The position numbers and the translations under genes are program-made. Positions 17,079 through 24,646 of a stretch of 32,000 nt of DNA are shown in pieces. The stretch is from positions 420,001-452,000 of the forward strand of contig NZ_CP030918.1 of NCBI RefSeq assembly GCF_003324675.1. Direction: 5' to 3'. The first letter of the stretch is position 1. Every line of letters starts with the position of its first letter. The notes under the pieces are model-generated. The model ran no database searches and was not told where the DNA came from. It saw only the letters and a list, made by a program, of their open reading frames with translations. Source of the stretch: Paracoccus suum (GTDB lineage Bacteria > Pseudomonadota > Alphaproteobacteria > Rhodobacterales > Rhodobacteraceae).

Positions 17079-17876
17079 CTAGCCCAGACGGTGGACGCCC
17101 TCGGGCGCGACGCCGAATGCAGCGAGGGCCATCCACACCGCCATGGCGATCATCATCAGGTTCTCGACCAGCGAGATAAAGCCCAGCGGCACGTTGCTGC
17201 CCCCGCCGACGCAGGCGCATTTCAACTCGCGGTTCTCGACATAGACCGCCTTGAAGACCGACACCGCGCCGACCGTCCCGATGAAAAGTGCGATGGGCAC
17301 CGACAGCCAGGTCAGCGCGCCCGCGATCATCAGAACGCCTGCCAGCCCCTCGGCAAAGGGATAGATATAGCCGTAGGGCACCCAGCGCTCGGCCAGAAGG
17401 TCGTAGTTCAGGAACATCGTGGCGAACGTCTCGACGTTCTGCAGCTTGAGCAGCGCCAGCACGGCCATTGAGAAGCCGATGAACCATTCCGCGGCCATCA
17501 GCGTCAGCGGGTTTCCGGTGACAGCATAGCTTGCCGCCATCGCCATCAACGCCGTCGTCGCGAACAGCGCGATGACCGGGCGATAGCTGGTCGCCTTGGG
17601 ATCCGCGACACTCTTGCCGAGGAAGCGGCGCAGGTCGTCATGCCCGCCGATTCGTTTGCCGTCGATAAAGATCTGGGGCGTGGTCGCAACGCCGTGTTCG
17701 GCCTTGAAGGCCTGGGTCTGCTCGCGTGTCTCGAGGTGATGATCCTCGACCTGGTAGCCGGCGCGCTTGAGCAGATGCATGGATTTCAGCCCATAGGGGC
17801 AGGTGTGCCCGGGCATCACCATGCGGTACAGCGCCGCTTTCGTTCCGGGTGCTGGATGTTTGCTCAGGTCCGACAT
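17079..17876 (-). CDS. Fusion protein: an N-terminal glutaredoxin-like domain (monothiol CPYG) joined to a C-terminal MauE/DoxX-like 4-TM membrane domain.
   Basis: ATG 17876 (MSDLSKH...) is preceded by AAGGAA. The Grx fold reads ALYRMVMPGHTCPYGLKS...TTPQIFIDGKRIGGHDDLRRFL. Four hydrophobic helices follow, with ELKCACVGGGSNVPLG before the last one. Confidence 0.8.
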   Translation of the reverse strand: MSDLSKHPAPGTKAALYRMVMPGHTCPYGLKSMHLLKRAGYQVEDHHLETREQTQAFKAEHGVATTPQIFIDGKRIGGHDDLRRFLGKSVADPKATSYRPVIALFATTALMAMAASYAVTGNPLTLMAAEWFIGFSMAVLALLKLQNVETFATMFLNYDLLAERWVPYGYIYPFAEGLAGVLMIAGALTWLSVPIALFIGTVGAVSVFKAVYVENRELKCACVGGGSNVPLGFISLVENLMMIAMAVWMALAAFGVAPEGVHRLG

Positions 17877-17906
17877 CTCACGTTCCTTGTGGTGGGGCCG
17901 GGGCAG

Positions 17907-17938
17907 ATATAGGGTCTGTACCATGGTACAGAGTCAAG
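17907..17938 (-). promoter_or_regulatory. MerR-type promoter/operator for the Grx-MauE gene: -35, 20-bp spacer carrying an 18-bp perfect palindrome, -10.
   Basis: The minus strand reads CTTGAC (17938-17933), then T-CTGTACCATGGTACAG-ACC, then CTATAT (17912-17907). The palindrome TCTGTACCATGGTACAGA spans 17915-17932. The layout mirrors Tn21/Tn501 merO (TTGACTCCGTAC...GTACGGA) inside an overlong spacer. Confidence 0.65.
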
Positions 17939-18327
17939 AGTCGAACACGCTGACGATTGGCGGCCTTGCAGCAGGCGGGAAGGTCGGGGTCGAGACGGTC
18001 CGATTCTACCAGCGCAAGGGTCTGCTCGGCACGCCCCACCGCGTTGGCGGGATCCGTCGCTACGGCGGCGAGGATCTGCGCCGCCTGCGCTTTATCCGCC
18101 AGGCACAGGCGGCCGGGTTTACACTGGAGGAGATCAAGGAACTGCTGCTCCTCGACGCCGGCGAGGACCGCGCGCGGGCGCGCGAACTCGCCCACGCAAG
18201 GGTCGAGCATCTGAACGCCAAGATCGCCGATTTAGAGCGCGCAAGGGACGCCCTGCGGCGGCTCGCAAACGAATGCGAGCATGGCGTCAAGGGCCCCTGC
18301 CCGATCCTCGCGTCATTCGGGATTTAG
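17923..18327 (+). CDS. MerR-family metal/thiol-responsive regulator of the Hg-MerR clade by sequence, but with only two Cys.
   Basis: 134 aa. MVQSQESNTLTIGGLAAGGKVGVETVRFYQRKGLL...IRRYGGEDLRRLRFIRQAQAAGFTLEEIKELL...ANECEHGVKGPCPILASFGI is colinear with Tn21 MerR. ATG 17923 is in frame with the ORF-track entry 17803..18327 and gives a MerR-length N-terminus. Confidence 0.9.
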   Translation: MVQSQESNTLTIGGLAAGGKVGVETVRFYQRKGLLGTPHRVGGIRRYGGEDLRRLRFIRQAQAAGFTLEEIKELLLLDAGEDRARARELAHARVEHLNAKIADLERARDALRRLANECEHGVKGPCPILASFGI

Positions 18328-18453
18328 ATATCTCTTCGGTAAGGGGAGTTACGCCGATCCGCTGCCCACTCGGCTCGCGAGGTCAACGGCATCTGCGGCG
18401 GCGGTGCGCCGCACAAAGGCTCCAGCCTCGCATTGTGAAAATCCCGATGGCCC

Positions 18454-18488
18454 AAAAAAAGCCCGCCGCAACGGCCACGTTGCGGCGG
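18454..18488 (-). terminator. Rho-independent terminator of the aldehyde dehydrogenase gene.
   Basis: The minus strand reads CCGCCGCAAC-GTGGCC-GTTGCGGCGG, a perfect 10-bp stem (18463-18472 with 18479-18488), followed by GC and TTTTTTT (18460-18454). The stem starts 28 nt after the stop codon. Confidence 0.8.
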
Positions 18489-18516
18489 AACGATTTCGTG
18501 CTGACGCTCAGCACCA

Positions 18517-20031
18517 TCAGATGTCGAAAACGACGCCCTGGGCTAGCGGCAACTGGCGCGAGTAGTTGATCGTGTTGGTCGCCCGGCGCATGTAGGCCTT
18601 CCACGCGTCAGAGCCGCTTTCGCGCCCGCCGCCCGTTTCCTTTTCGCCGCCGAAGGCGCCGCCGATCTCGGCGCCCGAGGTGCCGATGTTGACGTTGGCA
18701 ATGCCGCAGTCCGACCCCGCGGCCGACAGGAACATCTCGCTCTCGCGCAGATCGGTCGTGAAGATCGACGAGGACAGGCCCGCGCCCACCGCGTTGTGCT
18801 GGGCAATCACCTCGTCAAAATCGCCGTAGCGCATGACGTAGAGGATCGGGGCAAAGGTTTCCTCGAGCACCGGACCGGTCTGCTCGGGCATCTCGATCAG
18901 GGCCGGCTTCACATAGAATGCCGCCTCGGGACCGGCTTCGGTGACACGCGTGCCGCCGTGGACCTTGCCGCCCGCAGCAGTCGCCGCCGCGATCGCGTCC
19001 TGCATCGCCTGGAACGCCTGGCCATCGACCAGCGGTCCGACAAGCGCCTGCGTCGTCAGCGGGTTGCCGACCGAGACAGAGCCGTAGGCCTTGATCAGCC
19101 CGGGCACCAACTGGTCATAGACGCTTTCATGGACGAACAGGCGGCGCATCGTGGTGCAGCGCTGTCCGGCCGTGCCCATCGCACCAAAGGCAATGGCGCG
19201 CAGCGCCATATCCAGATCGGCCGAGGGGCAGACGATGCCGGCGTTGTTCCCGCCGAGTTCGAGGATCGCGCGGCCAAAGCGGCCCGCGACCTTGGGTCCG
19301 ACCTGCCGGCCCATGCGGGTCGAACCCGTGGCCGACACCAGCGCGACGCGCGGATCGTCCACCATCGCCTCGCCCGTCTCGCGGCCGCCGATGATGACCT
19401 GGCTCAACCCGTCCGGCACATCGCCAAAGCGGGCCGCGGCCCGCTCGAGGATCGCCTGGCAGGCAAGTGCCGTCAGCGGCGTCTTTTCCGACGGCTTCCA
19501 GACGACCGGGTTGCCGCAGACCAGCGCGAGCGCGGCGTTCCACGACCAGACCGCGACGGGAAAGTTGAAGGCCGAGATTACCCCGACGACCCCCAGCGGA
19601 TGCCAGGTTTCCATCATCCGGTGCCCGGGACGCTCGGTAGCGATGGTCAGGCCGTACAACTGGCGCGACAGGCCGACGGCAAAATCGCAGATATCGATCA
19701 TCTCCTGCACCTCGCCGGCGCCTTCCGAGGGGCTCTTGCCAGCCTCGATCGACACCAGCCGGCCGAGGTCATCCTTGGCTGCGCGCAACTCTTCGCCCAG
19801 CAGGCGGACCAGTTCGCCCCGGCGCGGGGCGGGAACGAGGCGCCATTCACGGAAGGCGGCGGCGGCGCGATCGATCGCCTGGGTCACCTCGGCCGCCTTC
19901 TGCTCCGGCAGCGCGGCGATACGCTCGCCCGTAACGGGGGAAAAGCTCTCCAGAGTACCGTCCGTGTAACGCGCGGGCTGGACGCCAAGGCGGGTCAGGA
20001 TGTCCTGGGCGGTCGTGGCGATTTCGGTCAT
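18517..20031 (-). CDS. Aldehyde dehydrogenase of the ALDH7/antiquitin type (piperideine-6-carboxylate / 2-aminoadipate semialdehyde dehydrogenase-like).
   Basis: ATG 20031 (MTEIATTAQDIL...). ALDH7-like strings are present: EVQEMIDICDFAVGLSRQLYG and ERPGHRMMETWHPLGVVGVISAFNFP. The catalytic ELGGNN and GQRCT motifs are present. Confidence 0.9.
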   Translation of the reverse strand: MTEIATTAQDILTRLGVQPARYTDGTLESFSPVTGERIAALPEQKAAEVTQAIDRAAAAFREWRLVPAPRRGELVRLLGEELRAAKDDLGRLVSIEAGKSPSEGAGEVQEMIDICDFAVGLSRQLYGLTIATERPGHRMMETWHPLGVVGVISAFNFPVAVWSWNAALALVCGNPVVWKPSEKTPLTALACQAILERAAARFGDVPDGLSQVIIGGRETGEAMVDDPRVALVSATGSTRMGRQVGPKVAGRFGRAILELGGNNAGIVCPSADLDMALRAIAFGAMGTAGQRCTTMRRLFVHESVYDQLVPGLIKAYGSVSVGNPLTTQALVGPLVDGQAFQAMQDAIAAATAAGGKVHGGTRVTEAGPEAAFYVKPALIEMPEQTGPVLEETFAPILYVMRYGDFDEVIAQHNAVGAGLSSSIFTTDLRESEMFLSAAGSDCGIANVNIGTSGAEIGGAFGGEKETGGGRESGSDAWKAYMRRATNTINYSRQLPLAQGVVFDI

Positions 20032-20496
20032 GTCTTGGTCCTTGTCAGTCGAAGCGCGCGGCGCCGAGGCCCGGTGCATCTGAGGTTTGATGGTGGCGCC
20101 GGCCCATGCCGTGGTCCGCGCTGAAGCTGGCGCCAAACTCCCCGACCGGGCGTCGGACTACAAGACCGCGCGGCGCGACACCGCATCCGCATCGATGTGA
20201 AAAGGGGCAATTCTACCGTAATTCTCGGGCAACCCACCGCGCGGGTCCCCGGCAGGGTCCACTTCAGCCGGACAAACATCAGCCGGGCGGAACAGCGGCG
20301 GCTTCGAGCAAGTCGTTAAAGCAAGCGCCATCGCGCCAACGTCACCGCGTCGTGCGCTCGGAGCGCGGGAGACGATCTTCGTTTTCCGGTGGAAGTGAGC
20401 GCAGCTAACCTGCTTAGTGTTCAGATATGCCAACCCAGGAGGGTCTCGCGGCACGCCAGTGCTGTCCGCGAGTGCCAGGCGCAGGGACAAGAGACC

Positions 20497-20883
20497 ATGG
20501 CGCGCAGAGATTTCGACCCCGCGACGGTCAAGCCCGACGGGCGTGCCCCGTCCAAGGGCGTTCTGGTTAAAGCGGGGAACGAAGGCCCCTGGCGCGGAAG
20601 CCTCGAGGGTCTGGCGTTAGGGGGACCGATCACGGTTCTGGCTTACGGCACTGACGAGGTAGGCAAGGGGCCGCGTCTTCATGTCCACCCCTACGATGAA
20701 ACTTTCGTCGTAATCGCCGGTCACGCGCGTTTCCATGTTGGTGAGACGACCATCGACGCAGCCGCCGGCGAGGTGGTGTTCGGCCCCGCCGCCATCCCGC
20801 ATAGATTTGAAAATCTCGGGCCGGGCCGGCTGCAAACCATCGACATCCATCATTCGCCAACCTGGATTCAGACGGATCTCTGA
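20497..20883 (+). CDS. Small cupin-domain protein.
   Basis: 128 aa from ATG 20497. Cupin motif 1 is LHVHPYDETFVVIAGHARFHVGE and motif 2 is FGPAAIPHRFEN. The upstream part of the ORF-track entry (20389-) looks non-coding. Confidence 0.75.
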   Translation: MARRDFDPATVKPDGRAPSKGVLVKAGNEGPWRGSLEGLALGGPITVLAYGTDEVGKGPRLHVHPYDETFVVIAGHARFHVGETTIDAAAGEVVFGPAAIPHRFENLGPGRLQTIDIHHSPTWIQTDL

Positions 20884-20959
20884 CGCCGTCGAACGGGCGC
20901 GCGGACCCGCAGTTCAGCGCTGGCTCGCCTCAGACGGGCAATGGCGATCAGCGATGAAG

Positions 20960-21036
<77 letters not shown>

Positions 21037-21076
21037 CTGGCGCCGTTCCTACACGCAGCGCGGGGACCGGGCAAGG

Positions 21077-22288
21077 TCAGGCGAACAGCTCGCGGCAGAA
21101 GATCAGGCCGTCGATCAGGGCGTCAACCTCGGCCTCGGTGTTGTAGAGGGCAAAGCTGGCACGGGCGCTCGCGGTAACGCCGTAGAACTGCATCAGCGGC
21201 ATGGCGCAGTGGGTGCCGGCGCGGATGGCGATGCCGCGCTTGTCGAGGATGGTCGAGAGGTCATGCGCATGCGCCCCCTCCATCGTCATCGAGAAGATCG
21301 CCCCTTTGCCCGGTGCATCCCCCTGGACGGTCAGCCAGTTCAATTCCCGCAGGCGCGCGCGGGCGTGGTCGCGCAGCGCACGCTCATGCGCGGCGATGTT
21401 CTCCATCCCGAGGCCCATCATGTAGTCGAGCGCGACGCCCAGGCCGATCTGGTTGACGATGCCAGGCGTGCCGGCCTCGAACCGCAGCGGCGGGTCGGCA
21501 TAGGTCACGGCCTCGCGCGTGACCTCCCGGATCATGTCACCGCCGCCCATGAAGGGGCGCATCTCGTCCTGGCGGGCGCGGTCGATCCAGATCGCACCCG
21601 AGCCGGACGGGCCATACAGCTTGTGCCCGGTGATGGCGTAGAAGGCGCAGCCAAGCGCCGGCACATCCAGCGGCAGGTGGACGGCAGCCTGGCTGCCATC
21701 GACCAGAACCGGAACGTCAGTGCCGCGCGCGATGGCGCCGACATCGACGACGGTGCCCGTCACGTTCGACATGTGGGTGACGGCGATCAGCTTGGTGCGG
21801 GGGGTGATCGCAGCCAGCATCTTTTCCGGCGGCAAGCTGCCGTCGGGTTCTGGCTCGACCCATTTCAGCACGACGCCCTGACGCTCGCGCAGGAAAGCCC
21901 AGGGGACGATATTGGCGTGGTGCTCCAGCACCGACAGCAGGATCTCGTCCCCGGCCTTCAGGCGCGGGGCGGCCCAGGAATAGCTGACCAGATTGATGGC
22001 CTCGGTCGCGCCGGAGGTGAAGATCACCTCGGCCGGATGGCGCGCCTTGAGGAAGCGGGCGATGGTGCCGCGCACCGCCTCGTAACGCTCGGTCGCAAGG
22101 GTCGACAGCGTGTGCAGCCCGCGGTGGACGTTGGCGTATTCGCCTTCGTATGTGCGCGAGATGGCGTCGATCACGACGCGCGGCTTTTGCGCGCTGGCGC
22201 CGTTGTCGAGGTAGACCAGCGGCCGGCCGTTGACCTGCCGCGACAGGATCGGGAAATCGGCGCGGATGGCGGGCAGATCAAGCGTCAT
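21077..22288 (-). CDS. sufS: Cysteine desulfurase SufS (group II).
   Basis: 403 aa. The PLP-Lys motif is [13 protein letters not shown] and the active-site motif is RAGTHCAMP. The ATG overlaps the upstream stop (ATGA). Confidence 0.9.
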   Translation of the reverse strand: MTLDLPAIRADFPILSRQVNGRPLVYLDNGASAQKPRVVIDAISRTYEGEYANVHRGLHTLSTLATERYEAVRGTIARFLKARHPAEVIFTSGATEAINLVSYSWAAPRLKAGDEILLSVLEHHANIVPWAFLRERQGVVLKWVEPEPDGSLPPEKMLAAITPRTKLIAVTHMSNVTGTVVDVGAIARGTDVPVLVDGSQAAVHLPLDVPALGCAFYAITGHKLYGPSGSGAIWIDRARQDEMRPFMGGGDMIREVTREAVTYADPPLRFEAGTPGIVNQIGLGVALDYMMGLGMENIAAHERALRDHARARLRELNWLTVQGDAPGKGAIFSMTMEGAHAHDLSTILDKRGIAIRAGTHCAMPLMQFYGVTASARASFALYNTEAEVDALIDGLIFCRELFA

Positions 22289-22878
22289 GGCAGCGCCTCC
22301 GGGGCGGGCAGCAGGCCAAGCATGGCCAGAACGACGCTGAGGACGGCGCCGGTCAACATCAGCGTCGAGACCATGCCAAGGGCGACGAGGAAGGGATTGG
22401 AAAATCCGTGCAGCGCGGTCGTCACTCGCACCGCCAGAACGACATAGAGCGCCAGCGTCGCCAGCGACAGCATGGTAGAGGCAGAGGGCAGGACCACCAT
22501 GAGCGCCAGTTGCACGGCCTGCGCGGCGATGATGATCAGGTCGATCCAGGTCAGCGCCAGCAACGCGTCAGGAAAATTGCCATGGCCGCCAAACATCTGG
22601 CCGACGCGCGCCATCAGCGCGGCGGCAGCCGTCAGGGCAAAGAACTGCAGCACCGTCAGTACAATGGGCGAGGCGACCAGCAGCGCGCTGGCGCCCCCGG
22701 CCTGAGAAGGAAACATCAGGTTTGCAAGGCCGGCCAGAATCGAAGACAGGACCGTCGCGAGGGCCAGGGCTGCCCAGCGGTCCGCCATCGGCAGTTGCAG
22801 CCCGCGCATCATGGCGATGGCGCGGTCCGGCCTTTGCAGGGTCAGCATGGCCATGCGCGTGAAGGCCGACGGGTTCAT
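22285..22878 (-). CDS. Polytopic membrane protein, Yip1-domain-like, function unknown.
   Basis: ATG 22878 (MNPSAFTRMAMLTLQRPDRAI...) is preceded by AGGAAA. 197 aa with about 5 hydrophobic helices. It overlaps both neighbours by 4 nt (ATGA at each end). The family call is from general appearance only. Confidence 0.7.
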   Translation of the reverse strand: MNPSAFTRMAMLTLQRPDRAIAMMRGLQLPMADRWAALALATVLSSILAGLANLMFPSQAGGASALLVASPIVLTVLQFFALTAAAALMARVGQMFGGHGNFPDALLALTWIDLIIIAAQAVQLALMVVLPSASTMLSLATLALYVVLAVRVTTALHGFSNPFLVALGMVSTLMLTGAVLSVVLAMLGLLPAPEALP

Positions 22879-23387
22879 TTTCCTGGCCTTTCGATCAACG
22901 CCCGCACACCCGAGAGCCAGATGAACAGGAACCCGGTCCCGGCCAGCAGCCGCGTCGCGGTCAGCGCCGGGCCGGGACCGACCAGCCCCTCGGTGAGACC
23001 AGCCAGCAACATCGCCGGGGCAACGGCCAGCAGTGCCCAGAAGAGCGCGAGCCGCGAATCGGCTGGGTGGAGCACCCATCCGCCAAGGCGTAGCAGCCAA
23101 CTGAGCGCCTGCGCCGCGCCGTAGGCAGCCAGCGGCATCAGGAACATGACGGCAAGCCCTGCCCCGGCCAGGCGCGGTCCCAACGGAATCCCCGGGTCCA
23201 GCGCCGCTGCCCGCGCGTGGCCGGGCGCCTGCGCGATCAGGAAGACCAGCAGCGCCGCCAGCAGGAGCGCCAGCAGGGCGCCCTCGGGCATGCCGCGCAA
23301 TCCGCGCACGACCCGCCCCGGTGCGAACCAGCTTTCCAGCACGCGCGGCGCCAGGCCGCGGGCGGCGCGGGGCGGCGCCGGTCTCAC
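22875..23387 (-). CDS. Polytopic membrane protein, possible paralogue of the downstream Yip1-like protein, function unknown.
   Basis: 170 aa from GTG 23387, which overlaps the sufD stop (GTGA). It has an Arg-rich N-terminus followed by 4-5 hydrophobic helices (LLALLLAALLVFLIA, AGLAVMFLMPLAAYGAA, LALFWALLAVAPAMLLAGL, LLAGTGFLFIWL). The coupling at both ends argues that it is real. Confidence 0.6.
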   Translation of the reverse strand: MRPAPPRAARGLAPRVLESWFAPGRVVRGLRGMPEGALLALLLAALLVFLIAQAPGHARAAALDPGIPLGPRLAGAGLAVMFLMPLAAYGAAQALSWLLRLGGWVLHPADSRLALFWALLAVAPAMLLAGLTEGLVGPGPALTATRLLAGTGFLFIWLSGVRALIERPGK

Positions 23388-24646
23388 CCGCCGTTGCCAA
23401 TCTGGCCGGCGTCGGCGGTCAACGCCTCCTCGACGCGGGCAGAAATGCGGCTGCGCAGGCCGTCATCCTCGATCTCGGCCAGCGCGTCGGCGAGGAAGGA
23501 GAGCACCAACAGCACTTCGGCCTGAGCCTTGGGCACGCCGCGCGAGCGCAGGTAGAACAACGCCGTCTCGTCGATCGCGCCGGTGGTGCTGCCGTGGCTG
23601 CACTTCACGTCGTCGGCGTAGATTTCCAGTTCGGGCTTGGCGAGGAACTGGCACAGTTCATCCAGCAGCAGCGACTGGCTGATCTGGTAGCCGTCGGTTT
23701 TCTGCGCGCCCGGCCGGACCAGGATCTTGCCCTGAAAGATGCCGGTCGCGCTGCCCCGTAGTACCTTTTTGAACACTTGGCGGCTTTCACCGCGCAGGCC
23801 GCCGTGAATGATGAATACCGTGTCATCGTTGATGAAATCGCGGCCATCGCCCAGCGCGGCGCCGGCCAGATGGACCACCGCGTCATCGCCGACGACATCG
23901 ATCACTGCCTCGCGACGAAGATGCCGGCCATCCAGCGCCAGCGCAAAGGACTTGAGCACCGATTCGTTGCCGAGACGCGCGAACAGATGCGAGAGCGCCA
24001 GTTCGTCGCCGCGGCGCTTGGCGGCGATCAGGTGCAGCTTGGCACCGTCGGCGAGATCGGCCTCGATCACCGAGTTCTGTCGCGAGCCGGCCGAGCCGGT
24101 CTCGATCAGTGTCAGCTCGGCCCCCGGTTCGAGGTGGATGACATGGTGCCAGACCGCATCGCCGGCCGCCTCGGTGCGCCGATGCAGGATGTGAAGCGGC
24201 CGCGTGGGGCGGCCGGTGACGCGGATCGCGAGGCCATCCGCGGCCCTTGCGGTATTCATCGCCGCCAGGGGACGCGGCACCGGGATATGCGCCGCCGCCT
24301 CGCGCGCGCCGTAGGCGCGGCGCGCCCAGTCCGGCGCTGCCGCCAAGGGCGCAATCTCGACCCCGTCCAGCGGCAGCGGATCGGAGGCTGCGGCGTCAAA
24401 ACGGCCATCCACGAAAACCAGCGTCAGGCGGTCCAGATCGGAGAACAGCGTGCCGTCGCCCTGCGGCAGGGCGACGGAAGGCGCATCGCCCTGCGAGAAA
24501 TCGGCTGGGCCGGCAAAGCGCCAGTATTCGTCCCGGCGGCCGGGCAGGCCCAATTGCGCCAGGCGATCCTCGGCCGCTTGCCGGGCGACGCCTAGGGGCG
24601 AATCGCTCGCCGGGGTTCGGGTCAGGACAGGTGACAGGTCCGCCAT
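23384..24646 (-). CDS. sufD: Fe-S cluster assembly protein SufD.
   Basis: 420 aa with a beta-helix-type SufD C-terminus (...QKTDGYQISQSLLL...AKPELEIYADDVKCSHGSTTGAIDE..LFYLRSRG). The ATG overlaps the sufC stop by 1 nt. Confidence 0.9.
   Translation of the reverse strand: MADLSPVLTRTPASDSPLGVARQAAEDRLAQLGLPGRRDEYWRFAGPADFSQGDAPSVALPQGDGTLFSDLDRLTLVFVDGRFDAAASDPLPLDGVEIAPLAAAPDWARRAYGAREAAAHIPVPRPLAAMNTARAADGLAIRVTGRPTRPLHILHRRTEAAGDAVWHHVIHLEPGAELTLIETGSAGSRQNSVIEADLADGAKLHLIAAKRRGDELALSHLFARLGNESVLKSFALALDGRHLRREAVIDVVGDDAVVHLAGAALGDGRDFINDDTVFIIHGGLRGESRQVFKKVLRGSATGIFQGKILVRPGAQKTDGYQISQSLLLDELCQFLAKPELEIYADDVKCSHGSTTGAIDETALFYLRSRGVPKAQAEVLLVLSFLADALAEIEDDGLRSRISARVEEALTADAGQIGNGG

Noticed and set aside
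17079-18327. Interpretation of the locus as a mercury-resistance (mer) operon.
   Set aside because: No merT, merP, merC, merA or merB-like genes are present. The regulator also lacks the Cys82-equivalent needed for canonical Hg(II) coordination.
17079-20959. A genomic island integrated at tRNA-Arg.
   Set aside because: I could see no integrase, transposase, phage genes, direct repeat of the tRNA 3' end or obvious composition shift. It is retained only as a low-interest boundary note.
22879-23400. The N-terminal extension of ORF 22285..23400, which would make one 371-aa protein.
   Set aside because: The extension is Arg/Ala/Gly/Pro-rich and overlaps the hydrophobic 170-aa frame. ATG 22878 has an AGGAAA ribosome-binding site and an ATGA junction.
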